DNA from: Owenia fusiformis
Taxonomy: Eukaryota
Direction of reading: 5' to 3'
DNA: 64,000 bases
Assembly: GCA_903813345.2 (NCBI GenBank)
Contig: CAIIXF020000001.1
Coordinates: 3,038,001-3,102,000, forward strand
The notes below the pieces were generated by a model. The model was given only the letters and a program-made list of their open reading frames with translations. It was not told where the DNA came from and searched no databases. Below, one piece after another: positions 53,501 through 64,000 of the stretch (positions are counted from its first letter, which is position 1; every line of letters begins with the position of its first letter). The position numbers and the translations under genes were made by a program.

Positions 53501-54471
53501 AAAACAGACTATTATTTAGTCTACAAAATATGGCTTAACTTTGTGACATTTTGAATATAAAAAAATCATTGTATAAAATAAACACATGAACATTAAAAAA
53601 TGTATCAACACGTATACAAGTCCATCGAAGAGCATTCGCATATTGCTCAGAATTCTATGATGTTGACTGTCCGTGCCAGAGCATGATGATAAAATTATAA
53701 TTCGCTTATGTTTAATAGGCTTACAATCTTCATATTTCTTACGTTTCAAAATCTACATTTTCAATTTTGTTTGGAAAATATCGTTTTTCACATAAGAACA
53801 TCATTATAGCACGCTTTATCGACCCAACTGAACGTAAGAGGAAGTTTTGTTTGGCAAAAATTCCCAGGAGGTGAATACGATTTTCGTAAGCGGTATTGGG
53901 AGTTGAATACGATTTTCGTGAGCGGGATCGGGCGGGACAACACGATTGTTTATCAAAAATATTCCCGGGTATTATTCACAGTGAAGTAGTATTATCATAA
54001 GATAAAAAAGATTTCTCTAAACATTCACAATGGCAACCAATTAGGTATTGGTATAGATGATTGGTTACCAAGAATATTCGATGACAAGATTTTTCGTAAA
54101 ATTTAAAATTGTCAAAAAACTAACAGTGATACGAATGAAATCCAATCTGTGGTAAATAAGGACAACTGTTTTTTAGTTAATCAGAAGTTGTATCATTTCA
54201 ACAAAAACATTTGTACAATATATTGGCACATAATTCAACGTACGTGTATTGCATTCTATCATATGTAATGCTTCTTTTGTCATCCCTACCGTTAAGTTGC
54301 TTTGGAATTATAGATTTAAAATATAAAGGGAATTGAATATAAATAAAGAAGTGTAAACATCGACTAAGATATACTTACACGATATGATTGATGATCTCCA
54401 TAAGTTACATTGAACAAAAAAGTAATGAGTAACAATACTGAAGAACCGAAAAACGTCCATTTTAACTCCAT
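44505..54471 (-). CDS. Secreted EGF-repeat protein (at least 5 EGF/cbEGF modules, Notch/fibropellin-type repeats); 3' end unresolved
   Basis: Exons (minus): 54471-54379 (MELKWTFFGSSVLLLITFLFNVTYGDHQSYR, signal-peptide-like), 49260-49143 (GDLTSCRPNPCKNRARC..CEI), 48497-48384 ([26 protein letters not shown]..CEE), 46906-46790 (KNECAPRNPCRHDSECIDSIG..CQI), 46292-46176 (NLNECDRNPCKNGGRCADG..CEH), 44627-44505 (RDDCHPNPCKDGTC..CAT). Six-Cys EGF spacing, one module per exon, phase-1 introns between modules. The link to exon 1 is less certain than the EGF exons. Confidence 0.85.
50558..51480. repeat. Minisatellite, ~24-bp unit (TAGACTCTAGAGGCTGTACCATCT) with ~205-bp higher-order repeats
   Basis: The header CCATTTA.TAATCACAGATTG recurs at 50558, 50761 and 50971; monomers decay toward 51480. 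Confidence 0.9.
51977..52135. mobile_element. Short palindromic MITE-like element
   Basis: CAACTCACTTATTGCATG..TATAACGTATAACT / AGTTATACGTTGTA..CATGCGATAAGTGAGTTG. Confidence 0.6.
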
Positions 54472-55460
54472 ATGGAATGTTGTATGTTGTCCTCAGTTAA
54501 TTGCTTCAGAACTCCTATCCTTAGTAATATTTTTTAGTTTCTCCTGATTTGGTAATGCAATGGTAGTTATTTATGTAATAATATTAATGTAATATCCTAT
54601 TTGCGTTATATGAATCTGAAAAAGATGTCAACTTATTTGCAAATATTATATGAAATAATAAAGTGATGTTTGTTGTCTAGAAATATGAAATGAATTATGG
54701 AGCTATTCAACAAGAGTAAGAACAATTAAGTGATTTGTATATTATAAATATAATAAACATAACCGTTTACACAAGTAGTAAATCGAATTTTTCACAAATG
54801 ATTGCACAAATAAATACCATACGAACATTTCATACTATTGAGGTTCATTTTCAATGATTCTAGCAGGGTGTATTCTCCGAAGTCTAGAGGGCTAGGGGAA
54901 TACACTTTGTAGAATCATTGGGATAAAGTGGAAAACAATATTTCACATAGGGAAAACTAATACGATCAATTGTTTCCAGCTTAATTTTTGTCACCTATAT
55001 CTTTAAAACCCCTACATAAATCATATTTTCCTTTAAAGAGGTTAACCATATTTCCGAATTTATCTATGTTAATTGACCTTGCCTAGCTATGGACTTTCTC
55101 ATTTTTCTTCAGCATGCATTGTAATGACTTCAGTATAAATGAAATGTCCCTTGGTGTTCTGGTCTTTGATTCTGAAATTTGTTTTTGAATGGCTGGGGGA
55201 TAGACATTGCTTCTTTTCACGCTAGATCATGTTTTTGGGATATGTAGAGTATGTATATATCATGTATATATGACAGGTTTAGGTTTAGAGTTAGCTTTTC
55301 TTGCTAGGTTCTATTATAAATTTTTGGTCTTTTCCCTCTGGCAACTGTGCTTAGATATTCGCTATATGTGGCAACAACTACAGAACCTTGAATTGATTAT
55401 AGTCATATGGCCCCAACCTATGGTATCAGAAAGCACCCTTGAAATGAACCGTTACTAGAG

Positions 55461-56960
55461 TATAATTTTAAATGTTTGTAACTACTTTGAATTTAAAAAA
55501 TAAGCAATCAAATGACTATATTGCAACAGTATATAAAAAAAAATAGAAACATATGTACTTGTCCTAACTTTTGTATATTTCAAATAGTTAGTAGCCCGGA
55601 CAGAATTGTTCAATGGTCACTTTTTCTTTAATGACTTTTTTATTTTTTTGTATTGTCAAAATCTGATTACATATTTGAAAACTAGAGTGAAATTCTGACA
55701 TACAAAAATAATATTTAGTAATACTAAGGAACATCTCTTTTTTTGTTGATATTATAGGCATTCATAGTATGAGTGACGCAAATACATAATTCACCATTTT
55801 GCTTCATATTTGTTCAAAGATGGCGGCATGTTTTGTGGATTTGAAGGTTTATTTGAAAATTAATATTTACGAAATGTCGTAGGCCTGCAAAGTCATATAG
55901 ACTGCTGCTTAGGTATGAGGTAATGACTGTATTTAACTTAATTTGACTTGTATGTATACTGCTACATGTATCTAAAAGGTTTGTAACATAGTATGTACAG
56001 TATATTGGTTGGGGTTGCAGGATTTAGATTTTTTGGCCATTCCATTGTTACCCGTAATGGATTAGCAACCCTAGTTCGTTTAACCCATGCAACCATAAGG
56101 TCATACTGCCACAGTTTTTAATGTCTTTCCCAGTCACACTCCTCTTAACCCATGCTTGGCATGCATGTGAATTGTTCTTCAGCTTTTCAATGGCCTCTGA
56201 GATGGCTGTTTGGAGCTCTTGAAAAGACTGAGGACCTACTCTCATCACACCCGGCACATTTGGGCGCCACCTTTTCACGTCCTCATGAACACAACCCCGA
56301 ACATTTCAATAGATTTGAGTTTATATACCCTTGGAGGGAGTTGATCTCTTGTATTTGATGATTAGTCAGTTGGTGCGTTACATCAGGATTGTAAAGGTGG
56401 CAGCATGACCTTATAGGCCTATGACAATCTTTAAATATTTACTCTCAACTTAACATTCAAATTCCTGAAATATGCTGCCATTTTGAACAAATATGAGGCA
56501 AAATGGTGAATTATGTATTTGCGTCACTCATACTATGAATGCCTGCAATGTCAACATATTAAGAGATGTTCCTTAAATATATTTTTTGTATGTCAAAATT
56601 TCACTCTAGTTTTCAAATATGTAATCAGATTTTGAGAATACTGAAAATTAAAAAGGTTATTAAAGAAAAAGTGACCATTGAACAATTCTGTCCGGGCTAC
56701 TATGTATAATGTGCAGCAATGCTGTGGCTTTTTGTAATTTAGGGAGTTTCAGCCATGTTAATTTTTCCGAAAATAACATGGCAGAGTAGCATCAAAATAT
56801 AAGAGGCCACAGGTATGATAGCTAAACTACAAAACAAATTAAAATATACAAAAGTTAGGACATGTATAAATGTTTCTATTTTTACATATACTGTTTCGAT
56901 ATGGTCCTTTGATTGCTTATTTTTTAAATTCAAAGTAGTTACAAACATTTAAAATTATAT
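55461..56960. mobile_element. Palindromic MITE interrupted by a Tc1-like element
   Basis: TATAATTTTAAATGTTTGTAACTACTTTGAATTTAAAAAATAAGCAATCAAA (55461) and its reverse complement ending near 56960. Confidence 0.8.
55591..56700 (-). mobile_element. Tc1/IS630-family element with degenerate transposase C-terminus
   Basis: TIR GTAGCCCGGACAGAATTGTTCAATGGTCAC (about 240 bp); TA TSD. The minus strand near 56340-56150 reads LPPRVYKLKSIEMF.. and PQSFQELQTAISEA, resembling the LPPYSPDLNPIE region. Confidence 0.75.
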
Positions 56961-57124
56961 ACTATATCTTTCGAAAACAATTAATGTATACTGTATCTGT
57001 TATAATCATGAACAGATTTATTGTGTCGATTAAATACTCTCTGGAGTCGCTCGCACAGTGTGCAATTTTTACTATCAATACAAAGTCCTTCATCATTTTC
57101 TGTCATAAAGTATGACACCAAAAT

Positions 57125-57348
57125 CAGAGCAGACAGAACCCATCTTGCACCTACTGCTGGGCTAGTCATTACTGTGATGTCATCCATGAAAGCTCTGCTT
57201 GGGGGTGCTTTGTGCCATTGTTTGCTCGTGATCTAAAGCCTCCAGTATCAGTTGGTGAGGGACACTAGGGTAGGCAATATGCGAGGTTTATCCAAACTAC
57301 TGACAGTGCCTCGTTCCCTTTCTTGGCTTCCTTCACTAGTTGACTTAT
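57125..57348 (-). mobile_element. Reverse-transcriptase remnant of a non-LTR retrotransposon (HERO/NeSL-like)
   Basis: Frameshifted translation ISQLVKEAKKGNEALSVVWINLA/AYPSVPHQLILEALD ... PPSRAFMDDITVMTS..GARWVLSAL matches the RT motifs WLDLANAYGSVPH and FMDD. Confidence 0.75.
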
Positions 57349-58216
57349 CTACTTCACTTAATTATCGTTTTAATATAGAATCAAAAATATCAGTAAGGAA
57401 AGCTTTGCGCAGCTTTCAAACTAAAGACTGCATATTCATTGACATGAGTTCTACAGTCTTCATCTGGGTGAGATGCGTTTCTCTTTACCCAAAATAAGAA
57501 AGCATATGTTTAACAACCCACCAGACTGTACCTCCAGCAAGAGGGTCCAAAACTATTTTAAATATTTCATTTGGGCCTAAAAAATGTTCCGCCCAAGCGC
57601 GGATATTTTTGGGCCCCTCCCCTCTGGATATTCAGGTTCGCCCCAAGTGTCTTATTAAACAAAGCCTTTATATTATAAAGGGAGGTGTTTTAGCATGGAA
57701 ACAATTTTATGTCGGCGGGCTGGCTACAGACATGCCTCCAATACACACATTATAAGTGATAGGGACACCTAAAGAACCACTGGCAGTCACACGGGTCAGC
57801 CATGTAACCATTTTCAAAATGTGAACCTTGCAACTATGAAGATGAATATTTATGTTTAGCGCTCAGTGGTTTTGTTTAACCGTTAATTCCATGGTTATTT
57901 ATGGAGGAAAGGGTTATTGACTGCATAATATTTACTTATAACACAATGGTTAACTCAAACAAATAGCAGTGATAAACGTTTAGAATCAACAATGTGTGTA
58001 CTTTATGAAAAATCTAAACGGGTAAGATAGAAAACATGAATTCTCTGTACACATACGTAATCTCCGATATCTGCTCTGTTCGAACTTAGGGTCACTGTGT
58101 CTCAGTGATAACCTATTAATTCAAATAGAACCATTTCCAATCCCTCTTCAAAAGAGAAGACGCAAAAGATTTTCAAGAACAAATTCATACTTCCTTGTTT
58201 TCCCCCATCGGTTTAA

Positions 58217-58509
58217 CCTCTTGAATACCAGCCTCTAAAAAGGGTTTGAAACCAGAGCATTTTTCATTTTCTGCTAGTTTTCTGGATATTAAAATGTAAA
58301 AACACAATGTTTGATATTTGATTTCATAAGAACAGTAAACATAGACCCATTACATACATTCTAAAACATAATTTGTGAAGATTGGATAAAAAATGCCAAA
58401 GTTAGAGTAGTTTTAGTGAAAACTTCTGTGACAGATATATCTGTCGCTCTGGGTTCCAAATGGATTTTATTTGTGACAGATATATCCGTCATTCTGGGTA
58501 TTCAAGAGG
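58217..58509. mobile_element. piggyBac-type MITE
   Basis: TTAA|CCTCTTGAATACC ... GGTATTCAAGAGG|TTAA. Confidence 0.8.
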
Positions 58510-59598
58510 TTAACATGGGGATTTTCACACCTATTTTTCAATCGATATATTCGTTCATATTCCCGTACGGGAGTACAGAAAAAATTATAAGAAACGATTG
58601 ATCTCCTATTAATCTTAATATAACAGATATTTTTTATTGTTATGATACAAAGCGTGGTGAAAACGATGATTGAAAACTGAGAAAATATTTCGGAAGAAAG
58701 GGTCATTTGGTCAGTTGTGAAAAAATGGTTTCATTCGACTTTCAACAATTTCATTCCAATCTTACCGCACTACAAACTGCAACATCGATGCAACAACAGA
58801 ATAAAAGGACACTTTTTCAAATTTCATTATAGAGTTACGTTGAAAATCGACAAGCAACTAAGCAGTTGACCGAAGAAGCATTCTGATACTCATAGCATCT
58901 TTCTGTTTCACCTGAGACATCTCATGGCTGGGAAGATTTGAGATGTCATGGTTTGTCATGATGCCAAAGAACACGCATCGCTATTATCTAGGTCAATCGG
59001 TTCAGTGTCCAAAAGTAAATCTATATACTCGTTTCCGAATTTTATTGTTCATTGTACAAGCTTTTCTTGATTATACTCGGTAAACTGACCATTAAAGCAA
59101 TGACAAAGAACAATACTTCTGATGGTGTCATTTTTTATTTAGCGTGCGGCTGTAATAACAAAATTGCGTAATTAGTTTGATTCAGAACTTTCGGGTCACG
59201 CAAATAGCTACACGAAATGTGTTTCTTTTTGAGTGCTTTTTAAGTACATATTTTCGAACCTTCTCGATTAAAGAGCGAACAACGAAATAATTATTATCAT
59301 TTAGCCACGGCCGTAAATCGTACAAAATGAATGGCGTGAAGCAAGATTTATTTTTTCATGCTGTCTATACATGTCTGGTGAACACATCTGTTGAATAGAA
59401 ACGTGTATGGTGAGTTGATCAACCATTTGGAGTCTTATTTTGAACATGTTCAATTTCTAGTCCTTAAAATTATACATCTCACAAAAATACACCCTCTATA
59501 CAGTACCCTGGAAGCTAATTAGCATAGACCATCGTGTTGGGCTTGCCTTCAAGCTATGAAGCTATGCCTTCAAGTTGCAAGGAAATGTCATCATTTTT

Positions 59599-60295
59599 TA
59601 AAGGAGTGGTATCGATATGGAGAACTGAATTCAACAATGTTTTTTCTCGTAAACCAATCATTGAAAACATTCTGTAAAAAACACGGTATTTTATGTAATG
59701 TTGACTGATTGACAACAGTTTAATGCGAAAATTATTTAGAAATATTTTATATAACTGTTTTTGTTAACATTTTTTGTTTTTGCTCCTTTCTCCAAATTCT
59801 TGAGAATGAAATAAAATGTCTTTCCGAACCTTGTTGGAACAAAATAGCACATACAACATATTTTTAGACCTCTGAATATTATAGTTATACAAAGGAGTTT
59901 TTGGTTGATTTTAAAAAGTATTCAAAATATCCCCCCAAAATAGATATAAAAATCATGATAAAACTTTTTTTTCATTAACAATATACTTTTTTAAAATCAA
60001 CCAAAATTTCCTTTGTACAATTACAATATTGAGAGACCTATACATGTTGTGTTTATGTCGTTTTGTTCCAATGAGGTTCGGAAAGATGTTTCAGTTCACT
60101 CTTGAAACATGATACCAAGAACAAAACAAGTGTTTGGTGTGTATATAGTGTGTGTATAGTGTATATATATATTTTTCAAATTATATCGTTACCATTCAAA
60201 AGATGACCATTAAATTGACGATGTGTTAAATTTTTAGATTTTTTTATGACTGGTCTAAGAGAAACGTGTGTTCAAAAAGTTCTACATATCGATAT
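59599..60295 (+). mobile_element. Foldback MITE, copy 1
   Basis: TATCGATATGGAGAACT / AGTTCTACATATCGATA near the ends, with internal inverted arms; similar to 62322-63075. Confidence 0.7.
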
Positions 60296-61356
60296 TGGGT
60301 TAGCCATTCTGTTTCCCCATTCATTATAGTAACACTGATACTGATACATATATTCTTTTTTAAATTGCGTGCCCCAAATTTGAAAAGGGGCTCCATGTTA
60401 GCTGGAAAAGTTTAAAACTACCAATTTAATCCGTTGTCTTAGCAAATATGAAGAACGGAAGCCTCGAATTCCAAATATGCGTTCGATAAGGAATCCGACC
60501 TCTGGGCGACTCGTAAATTTCAGGCCAAAACGATTGCTAGATTCAATTCAAAATTGGTACCATTATATATGACCCAGGAAGATAATTAACTAGGTTAACT
60601 TTTCGCCACCAAAAAGCTTAGTTGTGATGGACTCCACTTTATTAAATAAGCATCATATTGAGTGTTCTGTCTGTAACATACATGTTTAACAATAACTCAA
60701 AATGATAAGATTGACTTTAAACTCACACACTGACTTGTAACATTTCCAAGCCATCGGATCCTTGGTGATATTTGTCACCATGGAAACAAATTATGGGACT
60801 TTGAAAACTTTTATCGCATAGTTATCATTTGAGATTTAGAGGCGTTCAAAACAATACAGAGGGGGGTCCAAATGACTCCCCTCGTGCGACTTAGTGTTAT
60901 AAAAAAAGGTTGCAGACATAAGGGTTAAAGAAAGCTTTGTCTCCATCTTATCTAATCTTCGTTGAATTCCAAATAGTCTCAGACCTGGAAATGAATTTCA
61001 AGGCCACAAAAAGTAAAGCAATTGAATTCCCAAATCCCAAAAATGTGAATTCAAAGTTCAACGATCGTCACGGACGGAGAGACGCTTAGAAGATCACATA
61101 GGCTCACTGCTGCGTGAGCCAATAATAGCTTTTAACGATTGGGAAACAAACCATTCATATCACCCTTGAGGTTGTACAAACTTTCAAATGGTTACTAAGT
61201 TTATTAGATTACTCCGTTAAGACAACGAACTTCATCGGATGGAACCTTAAAAACGGGTTAAGACCAGATTCCGTTTACGTAATAACAGTGAGGTTTCATA
61301 TCAATGATTTTGTTTGAACTATTTGTTCGCAAAATGTGTAGGTTTTCTCAGACATA

Positions 61357-61708
61357 CAGGGTGTTCCAAAAGTAACAGGTCTGGTGCTTGCATCTTATCA
61401 ATTCTGCACCGAGTGTCTTCAATTTTTTACAAATTGTACGTAGGAGTATTGCAACTAAAAATGTAAAGTTTCAGAAAAAATGATAAAAGGCGGGTAGAGT
61501 TATGGTTGTTATAGTAACAAGATATCACATTACCCGGGGCAACTATTTCATGAAAATGTGATATCTAACATTTTTGTATTACCGAAGAAAGTATCTAATT
61601 CACCTATTACAAGACAACATTTTTTGTTTGGTTTATTAGTTGCTTTGTTGCTTTGGTTCATATTTAACAAAATACCAGCACCAGTCCTGTTACTTTTGGA
61701 ACACCCTG
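61357..61708. mobile_element. Tc1/mariner-type MITE
   Basis: TA|CAGGGTGTTCCAAAAGTAACAGG ... CCTGTTACTTTTGGAACACCCTG|TA. Confidence 0.9.
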
Positions 61709-62321
61709 TATACTACTGCAACAAGATTGTGATAAAAACGTCGTGGAGATTTTGCCTACAACTCGTGAAATGAGGGGAAAAAATGACATGTCATCACCAT
61801 TTCCTAATTTCGCCCGTTCCGGGAAATTGCCGATTTTGACGTAAAAATACAATTCACATTATGAGAACAGGGTCTTGCATTTGAAAGACCGATGATGCAA
61901 CATGCATCGTTTATTCATCAAAAATACCAATCCGGAAAAACCTGTTTTTTATTAAAATTCAACCCAAAAACGGAAATTTTAATGAAAATTGAACCAGGAT
62001 TAAACCTGGAATAATTTTTATACAACCCGGATATAACCCGTATTTTTTTTTAAAAATCAGCCCGGAATTTCAAATTCTTAAAGTTGTACTAAAACCATTT
62101 TAGTCGATTTGGAGATATTTATGCTATCATACCGTATAAAAGCCACAGGTCAAAATAACAAAAGGGGTGCTATTTGTGCTAAAAACAAGATAATATGGGA
62201 TTCTTTAATTGGTTTTGGTACAACTTTAAGTTGAGAAGTTTGAAATTTTGAAAAATATAAAAAATTACAAATTATAGTATCGATTTACGGTTACAAGTCT
62301 ATATCGGGAATCTGTTGTCGC

Positions 62322-63075
62322 TAAAGGAGTGGTATCGATATGGAGAACTGAATTCAACAATGTTTTTCTCTTAAACCAATCCTTGAAAACATTCTGTAAA
62401 ACACGGTATTTTATGTAATGTTGACTGATTGACAACAATTTAATGCGAAAACTATTTAGAAATATTTTATATAACTGTTTTTGTTAACATTTTTTGTTTT
62501 TTTAATGCAATTGTTTTTGCTCCTTTCTACCAATTCTTGAGAATGAAATAAAATGTCTCCGAACCTCGTTGGAACAAAACATGTTTTTAGACCATGTAAT
62601 AACATGTTTTAAACATGTAACAACATGTTTATAGACCTCTCAATATTATAGTTATACAAACGAATTTTTGGTTGATTTTAAAATTTTTAAAAAGTATTCA
62701 AAAAATTAAAACAGAATCCCCCCATTATAGATAAAAATCAAGATAAACCTTTTATTTCATTAACAAGATACTTATTTAAAATCAACCAAAATTTCCTTTG
62801 TACAATCACAATATTGAGAGGCCTAAACATGTTGTGTTTATGTCGTTTTGTTCCAATGAGGTTCGGAAAGATGTTTCATTTCACTCTGGAAACATGATAC
62901 CAAGAACAAAACAAGTGTTTGGTGAGTTTTCTAAAACAATATAGATGAAAGTATATATATATATTTCAAATTATATTGTAACCATTCAAAAGAGGATCAT
63001 TAAATTGAGGATGTGTTTTTTTAGATTTTTTTGACTGGTTTAAGAGAAACGTATGTTTAAAAAGTTCTCCACATT
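62322..63075 (+). mobile_element. Foldback MITE, copy 2
   Basis: Direct diverged copy of 59599-60295, starting TAAAGGAGTGGTATCGATATGGAGAACTGAATTCAACAATG. Confidence 0.7.
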
Positions 63076-64000
63076 AGGTACACTTTACAAAACATTGCAT
63101 TTTAAATTGAAGTTCCTAACAAGCATGTCACTTCATTAAATGCTCAAAATATTCTCCTTTATACTGGATGCATAGTTTCTGGAGCTTCACCCATTCTTCG
63201 TATTGAGCCCTAAAGCCACAAGGGAATTAAGTGTTAAATTATGGGACTTTGAAAACTTAATCACATAATCATCATTTGAGATTTAGAAACGTTTAAAACA
63301 ATGTAATATTGCTGCAACGAATTTTGAGACAAATTAATAGCTTGTTATAATTTCATAATGTAGGCCTTTACTAAAAAATAAGTACTGCATTGATCCTCGA
63401 GAACTTTTTGCTTTTTAATTCCCTTTGATTTCAGATTAACCTAAACATTTCTGAGTAAGTCCCTGGTAGATCATAATGCAGTGTCTGCAAAGTGACCTTC
63501 TTAAAGTTTATAAATTATGCTGTTTGACAAAGTGATCAATATATGCCAGAGCTAATGGCATAATCAAGAGCCAGGTGCTTATTTTGCTGACCTTACTTAC
63601 CAGTGCGTCGCATAAAATAAATACAGAGATCATTATATCAGACAAAAGACAAATTTATTCCGATGAATTATATCAATAACAATTTCATAATGAAAGAAAC
63701 GTCTGAAATGAATTAAATCAATGTTTAATTCACCTAGATGTACAAGTAAATACAGTAGAAGTGTTATCCCAGACATGTGTGTAATTGGTGGTCGGCCCTA
63801 TATATTTGGTCAGTCGATCCTATAGGTCCTACTAACATGGTACTGGTACCATAATTGCGGGTAAACATCTCTGTTCCTCAGCACTAAACAGCAATCCCCG
63901 CTGACACTCCTTGTGTGTGATCCTGTTGTTAAAACACTCAATATATTTTCTACAAGTTGGGTCTGTTGTGTCTGCGATCAAAATCTTTGAATTGGAACAT

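Overview
AT-rich eukaryotic, intron-containing DNA, apparently from an invertebrate metazoan (inferred), with one 500-N assembly gap at 42184-42683. I reconstructed three spliced protein genes by hand. (1) The last four coding exons of a VWA-domain gene at 882-2774 (+). (2) A complete 18-coding-exon gene at 8236-29423 (+), about 751 aa: signal peptide, an alpha-carbonic-anhydrase domain with a degenerate active site (Zn-ligand His96 replaced by Arg, GSLTTPPC replaced by GRFSNPPC), then two MIDAS-intact VWA domains. It is a tandem paralog of gene 1. (3) A secreted multi-EGF gene on the minus strand (54471 to at least 44505) whose 3' end is unresolved. The rest is dense in transposon remnants. 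Intron 6 of the CA-VWA gene holds a nested cluster: a TIR element with TAC..GTA ends, 6-bp TSDs and an internal pentamer satellite has inserted into its own satellite. The window also has a Transib-like element, a Sola3-like long-TIR element interrupting a LINE ORF1, mariner/Tc1 relics, LINE RT fragments and many MITEs. Gene models and family calls come from reading motifs by eye, not from database searches.
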